A stretch of 64,000 nt of DNA, taken from Synechococcales cyanobacterium S06. Its GTDB lineage: Bacteria > Cyanobacteriota > Cyanobacteriia > Cyanobacteriales > JAABRE01. The stretch lies in assembly GCA_011391125.1 (NCBI GenBank), contig JAABRE010000022.1, forward strand, positions 76 to 64,075, read 5' to 3'. Position numbers and translations under genes: made by a program. Below, in pieces: positions 27,975 to 35,601 of the stretch. Below the pieces are notes generated by a model. It saw only the letters and a program-made list of their open reading frames with translations, ran no database searches and was not told the DNA's origin. Positions within the stretch are counted from its first letter, which is position 1. Each line of letters begins with the position of its first letter.

Positions 27975-29294
27975 ATGGGAATGACCCTAACTGAAAAAAT
28001 TATTGCGCGGGCTGCTGGAAAAGAGCAAGTTGTCCCCGGCGAAAATGTCTGGGTAAAAGTCGATGTGTTGATGACCCATGATGTATGCGGACCAGGTACT
28101 ATTGGCGTATTCCAACGGGAATTTGGCAAAGATGCCAAGGTTTGGGACCCTGAGAAAATTGTCCTGATTCCCGATCATTATATCTTCACTGCAGATGAAC
28201 GCGCCAATCGCAACGTTGATATTTTACGTCAGTTTGCCAGCGAACAAAACATTAAGTATTTTTATGATATAACAGATCGCGCCAACTTCAAAGCTAACCC
28301 TGATTATAAGGGGGTTTGTCACATTGCGTTAGCTCAAGAAGGCCACACTCGCCCCGGTGAAGTATTATTCGGCACTGATTCCCACACCTGCAACGCTGGT
28401 GCTTTCGGTCAATTTGCCACGGGAATCGGCAACACCGATGCAGGTTTCATCATGGGTACAGGAAAACTTTTGATTAAAGTACCTGCAACCATGCGCTTTA
28501 TTTTTGAGGGGGAAATGCCCGAATATTTATTGGCCAAAGACCTGATTTTACAGGTAATTGGTGACATTAGCGTTTCTGGTGCAACCTATCGCGCCATGGA
28601 GTTTGCGGGAACTACCGTCGAACAAATGACCATGGAAGAAAGGATGACTTTGTGTAACATGGTCATTGAAGCGGGAGGCAAGAATGGCGTAATTGCACCG
28701 GATGAAACCACCTTTGAATATGTGCGTAGTCGCACTGATAAGCCCTTTGAAGCGGTCTATTCCGACGAAAATGCGAATTTCTATAGCACCCACCGTTACA
28801 ACGTGTCAGAATTAGAACCGGTGGTAGCGAAACCTCACTCTCCTGATAATCGCGCTTTAGCGAGGGAATGCTCAGATGTGAAAATTGACCGGGCCTATAT
28901 CGGGTCATGTACAGGGGGTAAGACCACCGATTTTGTGAACGCTGCTCGCATTTTAAATGGGCGTAAGGTGCAAGTTCCCACCTATATTGTCCCCGCAACT
29001 CAGAAAGTTTATGATGATTTATTTACCATTAAACATGAAGGTAAAACCTTGTCTGAAATCTTCATTGAATCCGGTTGCATTGAACCAGCAGCCCCTTCCT
29101 GCGCTGCTTGTTTAGGTGGTCCTAAGGATACCTTTGGTAGAATGAACAAGCCCGAAGTTTGTGTTTCTACTACAAATCGCAATTTCCCTGGCCGAATGGG
29201 TGACAAACAAGCGCAAATTTACCTCGCTTCTCCCTATACTGCGGCAGCTTCTGCTATTACTGGTTATGTGACTGATCCTCGCGAGTTTATCTAG
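27975..29294 (+). CDS. leuC: Aconitase-family dehydratase large subunit, 3-isopropylmalate/homoaconitate dehydratase (LeuC-like, short type)
   Basis: MTLTEKI..VDVLMTHDVCGPG, GTDSHT, and the Fe-S ligand context IGSCTGG / CAACLGG. Start placed at the ATG 12 nt after a GGAG. The ORF track starts at a TTG at 27957. Confidence 0.8.
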   Translation: MGMTLTEKIIARAAGKEQVVPGENVWVKVDVLMTHDVCGPGTIGVFQREFGKDAKVWDPEKIVLIPDHYIFTADERANRNVDILRQFASEQNIKYFYDITDRANFKANPDYKGVCHIALAQEGHTRPGEVLFGTDSHTCNAGAFGQFATGIGNTDAGFIMGTGKLLIKVPATMRFIFEGEMPEYLLAKDLILQVIGDISVSGATYRAMEFAGTTVEQMTMEERMTLCNMVIEAGGKNGVIAPDETTFEYVRSRTDKPFEAVYSDENANFYSTHRYNVSELEPVVAKPHSPDNRALARECSDVKIDRAYIGSCTGGKTTDFVNAARILNGRKVQVPTYIVPATQKVYDDLFTIKHEGKTLSEIFIESGCIEPAAPSCAACLGGPKDTFGRMNKPEVCVSTTNRNFPGRMGDKQAQIYLASPYTAAASAITGYVTDPREFI

Positions 29295-29378
29295 TTTTAA
29301 GGTTAATTGGGCAGGTTTTTTAGCCTGTCTAATTATCTCACGCAAACGGGCAAAGTTTTTTATTTTTAATAATTTTTT

Positions 29379-30014
29379 ATGTTACAAATATCCCAAGAAA
29401 GTGATTTTTGGCAACGGTTAAATAGTTTTTCTGATTCTCAAATTAGAGATTCAGAACAGCTTTTTATTATTAATAATTTTAGTTGGCAATGTTATGAGAC
29501 GATTTTGCAGGATTTTGGTGATAATTTACCTTTTAAATTAACTTATTTTAATGGAGTTCTGCAAGTTATGTCACCAAGTCGTCGTCATGAAATTGATAAA
29601 AAAATTTTAGGGATGTTATTGGAGTGCTATTTTATAGAGAAGAAAATAGATGTTTATCCTTTAGGTTCAACTACTTTTAGAAAGGAAAATCTAGGGAAAG
29701 GTATTGAACCTGATCAATCTTATTCTTTTGATTCAGAAAAAGAGTTTCCTGATTTAGCTATTGAAATTATTATTACCAGTGGAGGAGTTGATTCATTAAT
29801 TATTTATCAAGATTTGGGAGTTAAAGAAGTTTGGTTTTGGCAAAATAAACAGTTTTCGATTTATTCTTTACAAAATAATGATTATCAAAAGGTTAATCAG
29901 AGTTTTCTTTTCCCTGATTTAGATTTTCAATTATTAACTGATTCTCTTTTATCTTCTGACAAACCCATTCAGAAAATTTTGGCTTTTAAGAATAAGATTA
30001 ATTTTAAAAAATAA
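29379..30014 (+). CDS. Uma2-family (DUF820) endonuclease
   Basis: YFNGVLQVMSPSRRHE...PDLAIEII...KEVW is the PD-(D/E)XK pattern typical of cyanobacterial Uma2 proteins. Confidence 0.7.
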   Translation: MLQISQESDFWQRLNSFSDSQIRDSEQLFIINNFSWQCYETILQDFGDNLPFKLTYFNGVLQVMSPSRRHEIDKKILGMLLECYFIEKKIDVYPLGSTTFRKENLGKGIEPDQSYSFDSEKEFPDLAIEIIITSGGVDSLIIYQDLGVKEVWFWQNKQFSIYSLQNNDYQKVNQSFLFPDLDFQLLTDSLLSSDKPIQKILAFKNKINFKK

Positions 30015-30123
30015 TTAGGAGGTGTAATTATTAATAATTAGCAATTAACAATTAATAATTACCTCTCCTTGAAACTGATATTTGTTTATAGATAAATATT
30101 AGAAATATCTTGGGGATTAATAG

Positions 30124-30227
30124 CTATAGCAGTCCTAAATGAGTGGTGTAGAGACGTTGCATGCAACGTCTCTACAGTAAGGGTTTGGTGAAAACAATTT
30201 TTTACAACCTATTTAGGATCGCTATAT
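30124..30227. mobile_element. MITE family A copy
   Basis: ctatagcagtcctaaatgag...gtagagacgttgcatgcaacgtctctac...atttaggatcgctata. Confidence 0.8.
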
Positions 30228-30542
30228 AATTTCTGTATATCTTTTAAAATCCTTTGTGTTAAAAGTGAGTATGGGCTTTTTTTTTTGCGCTGAAAGATGC
30301 TATTTGTCAAAACTGCTTATGTTTCTATGTCAGACAAGTATTTTTCCCCCGAACAAATGCTTGGGAATCTATTAAGAAAGCATTGTTAGCTGAAACAATT
30401 CGCACACCGACGCGCGGTAGGGGAAAATAAAGAAATTGCTGTCAAAGTAATTGATGACAGGGGTAATGAATTGTTAGTAGTAAAACAATTGTAGAAAATA
30501 TGTTATTATTAAAAAATATGTCAAAGAATTAGGAGAGAAGAA

Positions 30543-30779
30543 ATGAAAATAAAGGAACATATTTTACAAGAATTGGACAGTTTAAATGAAAGTCAATTAC
30601 AAAGAGTTGATAATTTTATTAACTTAGTTAAGATAACATTTAATGTACCAAATCAAGAATTTAATGATTTAGAAGAAATAGCTAAATTATATCAAGAATT
30701 TGCTGAAGAAGATAGTTTGCTAGCAGAAGAAGGAATGTCTGAATATCAAGAATTATTAGTAAAAGAAGACTTATTATGA
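30543..30779 (+). CDS. Antitoxin partner of MazF (DUF2281-like N-terminus)
   Basis: 78-aa acidic protein. Its stop overlaps the mazF start in ATGA. Confidence 0.6.
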   Translation: MKIKEHILQELDSLNESQLQRVDNFINLVKITFNVPNQEFNDLEEIAKLYQEFAEEDSLLAEEGMSEYQELLVKEDLL

Positions 30780-31141
30780 ATCTTAAAAGAGGCGAAATCT
30801 GGATAGCTAATCTTGATCCAACTCAAGGTTCAGAACAAGCCGGAATGCGTCCTATCATTATTTTTCAAGAAAATACAATTTCTAAATTTACCACTACAGT
30901 AATTACTATTCCTTTAACTACAAATATAAAACGAGCTTCTTTACCAAGTTGTTTATTAATATCTAAAGAAGAAGGAGAATTAAATAAAGATTCTGTAGCT
31001 TTATGTCATCAAATTAGAGTTTTAGATAAGACTAGATTATCTCATAAAATTGGTAAATTAACAAGTGAAATAATTATTAAATTAGAAAATATTGTCTTGT
31101 TTACATTGGGTTATACCACTGGTAATAATTCAGATAATTAA
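30776..31141 (+). CDS. mazF: PemK/MazF-family toxin endoribonuclease
   Basis: KRGEIWIANLDPTQGSEQAGMRPIIIFQ is the canonical MazF N-terminus. Confidence 0.88.
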   Translation: MNLKRGEIWIANLDPTQGSEQAGMRPIIIFQENTISKFTTTVITIPLTTNIKRASLPSCLLISKEEGELNKDSVALCHQIRVLDKTRLSHKIGKLTSEIIIKLENIVLFTLGYTTGNNSDN

Positions 31142-31265
31142 GTCATTTTAACTAAATAAAAATAACTTATATTGAAACGAGTTAATGAGTTATCAGTATT
31201 AGTGTTAAGTGAGTTAATATAATTTATTAAAAGTGGATAATTTGATAAAATTACCCACTTTAATT

Positions 31266-31538
31266 TTAACCGAATTGGTAATGTTTTCTCACGGGAATAT
31301 TGACTTTCCAAGTACATGACATTCCCGAAGGAAAGGTGACTAAATCTCCTTTTCCTACTTGTACAGATTCGCCATTTTTAGAAGTAACAATTACCTCTCC
31401 TTCGAGGAAATAACAGGTTTCTGATTCGTCATAGGTCCAAGGAAATTCGGAGACTTCTTTTGTCCAAATTGGCCATGTAAAAACACCTAATTTTTCGAGG
31501 TTTTCTTGACTGGGTTGATGTTCTATTTTGATGGTCAT
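31266..31538 (-). CDS. Cupin-domain protein (DUF861/cupin_3-like)
   Basis: FPWTYDESETCYFLEGEV..V...G..V.FP.G. Start moved to the internal ATG at 31538 because the longer ORF overlaps the HEPN-like ORF. Confidence 0.65.
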   Translation of the reverse strand: MTIKIEHQPSQENLEKLGVFTWPIWTKEVSEFPWTYDESETCYFLEGEVIVTSKNGESVQVGKGDLVTFPSGMSCTWKVNIPVRKHYQFG

Positions 31539-31557
31539 AATAATAACAGAATGAACT

Positions 31558-31725
31558 TTATAAACTATCAATTATTTTAATAGATAAATTCAAAAAATCT
31601 TCTGCTTGTTTAATATATTCTTGTACTTCTGCTTCTGAAAAATTGACATCTGTATTATAATCTGCACTACAACGAGCTTTTTGGGCATTAATTAAATAGC
31701 GATGATATTTATTTTCAGGAGTCAT
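31558..31725 (-). CDS. Short HEPN-like ORF (55 aa), partner of the upstream nucleotidyltransferase; not in the ORF track
   Basis: Manual translation gives MTPENKYHRYLINAQKARCSADYNTDVNFSEAEVQEYIKQAEDFLNLSIKIIDSL. Its ATG overlaps the MNT stop in ATGA. It resembles only the C-terminal half of a HEPN domain. Confidence 0.45.
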   Translation of the reverse strand: MTPENKYHRYLINAQKARCSADYNTDVNFSEAEVQEYIKQAEDFLNLSIKIIDSL

Positions 31726-32075
31726 ATAATTATTCCCTCTTTACGAATATTCCTAAAAAAACCATTATTAAAAGTTTGCCATTTTTCTCTAGTGGCAAAA
31801 AAACAGGTAATAACTACGTCATATTCTAAACATAAATCACTAATAAAATAGCTGATTTTTTGACTTTCTTGATAATCATCAAAAGAATATTTCAAAACAA
31901 TCAAAATATCAATATCAGAATCTTGTTGAGCTTCTTTTCTTGCTTGTGATCCAAATAAAATCAATTTATCTAACTTTTGTAAATAGGTTTTTTGTAAGTA
32001 ATTAGTAAGCTTTTCTAAAATTACAGGTAAATCTTTATTAAGGTAATTTTCATTAGATAATGGTAATTTAATCAT
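31722..32075 (-). CDS. Minimal nucleotidyltransferase (MNT) domain protein
   Basis: LFGSQARKEAQQDSDIDILIV fits the GS...DxD polymerase-beta-type NTase motif. Confidence 0.8.
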   Translation of the reverse strand: MIKLPLSNENYLNKDLPVILEKLTNYLQKTYLQKLDKLILFGSQARKEAQQDSDIDILIVLKYSFDDYQESQKISYFISDLCLEYDVVITCFFATREKWQTFNNGFFRNIRKEGIII

Positions 32076-32111
32076 GATTTATTACTCCTTTAAACTTCCT
32101 TAAGTTCAATT

Positions 32112-32846
32112 TTAACATACAAGTGTAAATAAACAAAGGGATATCGCCTCGCTCCATTCAACAACTGCCCCATAAACATCTCCGGTAAATCCTCCTAATT
32201 TACGATAAAAATAATACCCAATTATAATACTTATTCCTAAATTTATTAGAACTAATTTTAAGGCAATTATGCCCATAATTACACTTATTCCTATTAGTAA
32301 TACTAAACTTATTAATGTGTCTTGAATTGGTTTAATTCCTTGTTTGGGAAACATTCCTTTTCCGGTTTCTCTTAAATAGGGGTAAAAGGCGATCGCCACT
32401 AATTGCCCCCACCTTCCACACATCGCCACAGTGATCAAAGCTAACCCACGGGATTCGGTTAAATCGGTCAAAGCCGCCGTTTTTAACAGCAACACAAGGA
32501 TTCCACCCATGACTCCAAATGCCCCCGTAACGCTATCTCTCATCACGTCTAAACGCCTTTTGGGGTCCATTACCGCAAAACCATCGGCCGTGTCCATTAC
32601 CCCGTCTAAATGCAAGCCCCCTGTAATTGCTACCCACAACGCTATAATCAGGGTACTACGGGTTAAATTTGGCATTCCTAAATACTGTAAAATTAGATCA
32701 ATTATTGCTAAAAAACCACCGATTATTAAACCAATTATCGGCAACCAACGGCCAATTTTGCTAAAATCCAATTCCCAATTAAGGGGTAATGGTATTATGG
32801 TATAGAAAGTCAAAGCACCGAAAAATGATTTAATTAAATTGAACAT
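32112..32846 (-). CDS. cobS: Adenosylcobinamide-GDP ribazoletransferase (cobalamin synthase)
   Basis: 244-aa polytopic protein with GGLHLDGVMDTADG and GGFTGDVYGA motifs. Confidence 0.9.
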   Translation of the reverse strand: MFNLIKSFFGALTFYTIIPLPLNWELDFSKIGRWLPIIGLIIGGFLAIIDLILQYLGMPNLTRSTLIIALWVAITGGLHLDGVMDTADGFAVMDPKRRLDVMRDSVTGAFGVMGGILVLLLKTAALTDLTESRGLALITVAMCGRWGQLVAIAFYPYLRETGKGMFPKQGIKPIQDTLISLVLLIGISVIMGIIALKLVLINLGISIIIGYYFYRKLGGFTGDVYGAVVEWSEAISLCLFTLVC

Positions 32847-32939
32847 TAAATTGCAATTCTCAATAGTTTTAGATAGTAAAAATTATCGCATTTCCCTGTT
32901 AGTTGCTGCGCCAAGAACAACAATGTATCTTTGTTCATT

Positions 32940-33250
32940 TTAGTCGTAAATGGTAAGTAATTCGGGGGTAATTCTTAATACTTTTGCGAGGGGATTATTG
33001 TCCCCAATGGAAATAATGGTGTCAGAATGATCGGGAATTAATTTAAGATCATTTACGCCAATATTTAAGGTGTTACTGATAGCAACAAGAGCATTTTCTT
33101 GGCTAAAATCAAGGATGATATTTGGGTTAATATTGCTGGGTAATTGATCAGCAATTTCTGCTCCACTACCAGCAAATAGGCGATCGTTTGTACCAGCAAT
33201 TAAATCATTATTGTCTGAACCGACATAGATTAGCTCAAGTGTTGCCGAGT
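32940..33250 (-). pseudogene. C-terminal remnant of a secreted repeat (calcium-binding/RTX-like) protein
   Basis: Manual translation gives ...LELIYVGSDNNDLIAGTNDRLFAGSGAEIADQL...TIYD*. There is no start codon and the frame runs into the MITE at 33281. Confidence 0.4.
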
Positions 33251-33280
33251 GAACGGTTGCATGGATGCAACAAGCACTGC

Positions 33281-33410
33281 TATAGTAATTCCCATTAAGA
33301 TTAGAACAGTAAAAAAATAGGTTCGTTGTTGCGCTTTAGCGCAGCTTTTGCCTATTCCTGACAAATATTAAATTATATTGTTTAATTTTTATTTTTTATT
33401 ACCATAATAC
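33281..33410. mobile_element. Diverged MITE family B copy 3
   Basis: tatagtaattcccattaagatt...ggttcgttgttgcgctttagcgc... Confidence 0.6.
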
Positions 33411-33442
33411 AAAAAAAAGCTAAAAGTTAACTTTTAATTTAA

Positions 33443-34660
33443 TTATGCACTTCTTAGGGCGACAATGGGGTCTAATTTAGCTGCTCTTTGGGCGGGAAAG
33501 ACGCCAAAAAATAAGCCAATTCCTCCGGATACACTGACAGATAAAATGACAGATGAAACGGAAACTGTAGCGGGTAATGGGAAAATTATGCTAACTAAAA
33601 TTACGCCACTAATTCCGATTATTGTTCCTAATAACCCTCCAGAAATTGATAAGATGATTGCTTCGATTAAAAATTGAGTTAAGATGTCTTTTGGTCTCGC
33701 TCCTAGGGCTTTTTTTAAACCTATTTCTTGGGTTCTTTCTGTTACTGATACTAACATAATATTCATGACTCCGATACCGCCAACTAAGAGAGAAATTCCG
33801 GCAATTGCTGCTAATAAGATAGTTAAAGCATCAGTAATTGTGCCGACTATTTCTAAGATGTCTTTTTGAGTTTGCACATCAAAATCATTTTCTCTAATTA
33901 TTTTATGTCTTAATCTTAAGAGATTTTCGATCTGAAATTTTGCTGCACTAATATTATTTTCATCTTTTGCTGTGATGGAAATAAAGCTTAATTCTAGGCC
34001 AAAAGGTGAGGTATTTCCTACTATTTGATTAGCCATAGTTGTTAAGGGAATATAAACAATTTCATCCTGATTTGTGCCTAAAAATGAACCTTTGGATTCC
34101 ATGACTCCAATGATTTTAAAACTGACATTTCTGACCCGAATATTTTTACCAATGGGACTTTGATTATTATATAATTGTTGCGCTATTTCCGAGCCAATAA
34201 TAGCCACTCGATTATCTCTTTTAATATCTATTTCACTAAAAAATCTTCCTTGCGCAACATTAAAGCTTCTTACAGTGAGAAATTCTGGAGTTACTCCTAA
34301 TATGGAAGTATCTAAATTTTTATCTCGATAATTAACTAATAAACGGGCATTTATTTGCGGTGCAACTCCCTTAATACTTGGTACTTGAGAAGCAATGGCT
34401 TCGGCATCTGCTAAGACTAAAGTTTTCGGTAAATCAAGAGTTGTTCTTCTTGCCTCTCTAGTTCCTGGTACTACAAATAACACATTGGGACCGAGGGATT
34501 CAAATTGCTCAGCCGCCAATTTTTGCGCTCCTTCTCCTATTCCTACCATCCCAATAACAGACGCATTTCCGATAATTATTCCCAACATTGTTAAGCTACT
34601 GCGCATTTTATTTGCTACCAATGTTTGCATGGACATTTTAATAGTTTCGACGATGTTCAT
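33443..34660 (-). CDS. ABC transporter permease, MacB/FtsX family
   Basis: N-terminal LVANKMRSSLTMLGIIIG, a MacB periplasmic core, and a C-terminal FtsX block with LKKALGA. No ATPase or membrane-fusion gene is adjacent. Confidence 0.85.
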   Translation of the reverse strand: MNIVETIKMSMQTLVANKMRSSLTMLGIIIGNASVIGMVGIGEGAQKLAAEQFESLGPNVLFVVPGTREARRTTLDLPKTLVLADAEAIASQVPSIKGVAPQINARLLVNYRDKNLDTSILGVTPEFLTVRSFNVAQGRFFSEIDIKRDNRVAIIGSEIAQQLYNNQSPIGKNIRVRNVSFKIIGVMESKGSFLGTNQDEIVYIPLTTMANQIVGNTSPFGLELSFISITAKDENNISAAKFQIENLLRLRHKIIRENDFDVQTQKDILEIVGTITDALTILLAAIAGISLLVGGIGVMNIMLVSVTERTQEIGLKKALGARPKDILTQFLIEAIILSISGGLLGTIIGISGVILVSIIFPLPATVSVSSVILSVSVSGGIGLFFGVFPAQRAAKLDPIVALRSA

Positions 34661-35501
34661 AATTATTAATTATTGCTTGAATACGTTTAATTACATAAAC
34701 AAAATTATCTTTATTCAGATATTTGAAAAGAGATGAAATACCCTCATTTTTCGCTTTCATTAAGTAAAATATAATCCCATACATACAATCAATTAAACGT
34801 CGGCCATAATACTCTTTTTGTACACCACCAGCATCTAATCTAATTTGATAGGAATTATAGTTATTACCGTTCAAATAATTTAACTTTGTTAACCCGTTTT
34901 CCTCGGCAAATTGTTCATAGGTTATTCCTGTTCTTAAACTCGGATTGCTATGAGAATCAATCCATTCCCAAATTGCCCAATTTTCTCCTCCTAATTCAAA
35001 TTCAGCAAAATTTTTCGTGACTTTGTTGTTTTTCAAGTAAATACCAACTGGAATTTCTCCCCAAGGACCATGTAACCAAACAAATTCCGGGTAAAAAAAG
35101 CTTTTAAATGCCCAATTGTTCCCATTAAACTTAAGTTTGGCTACTCTGCCAATCATACCTTCTCCTACTATTTTTAACGAAATGTGATCACAATTTTTAA
35201 ATTTACCAGATTTTTTCACTTGCAACACTTTAATAATTTTACCGTAATTCCACAGTAAAATTTTTCTCAAATAAAATTTACTTTTATATTCAGAAGGATA
35301 TGTGTGAATAATTTTAGCCAGATAATCAAAAAATATTAAATAATAAGATATCTTAATAGATTTATTTAAGACAACTTTTAAGTTATCTTCCAAAAAATAC
35401 AGTCTATTAATCTTATTTAAATGGCGATATTTTTGACAAATTTGATAAAATTTATCAGGAGAAATTAATTGTTTTTGAGCTAGTAAAATAATTTCTTTCA
35501 C
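34638..35501 (-). CDS. Hypothetical protein with a divergent protein-kinase-like core
   Basis: IVGEGMIGRVAKLKF..WAFKSF resembles a G-loop plus AxK. RLDAGG lies at a DFG-like position. The catalytic-loop region LNYLNGNN has no Asp. Its 3' end overlaps the permease start by 23 nt. Confidence 0.45.
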   Translation of the reverse strand: MKEIILLAQKQLISPDKFYQICQKYRHLNKINRLYFLEDNLKVVLNKSIKISYYLIFFDYLAKIIHTYPSEYKSKFYLRKILLWNYGKIIKVLQVKKSGKFKNCDHISLKIVGEGMIGRVAKLKFNGNNWAFKSFFYPEFVWLHGPWGEIPVGIYLKNNKVTKNFAEFELGGENWAIWEWIDSHSNPSLRTGITYEQFAEENGLTKLNYLNGNNYNSYQIRLDAGGVQKEYYGRRLIDCMYGIIFYLMKAKNEGISSLFKYLNKDNFVYVIKRIQAIINNYEHRRNY

Positions 35502-35601
35502 AGGTAGTTATTTTTTAGATAAGTCCGTTTAATTTATTTTTACAGGCAAGATGCCTGTACCACCAATGCTGTGGTGCTGGCATTTTGCTGGGTTACACAA
35601 C

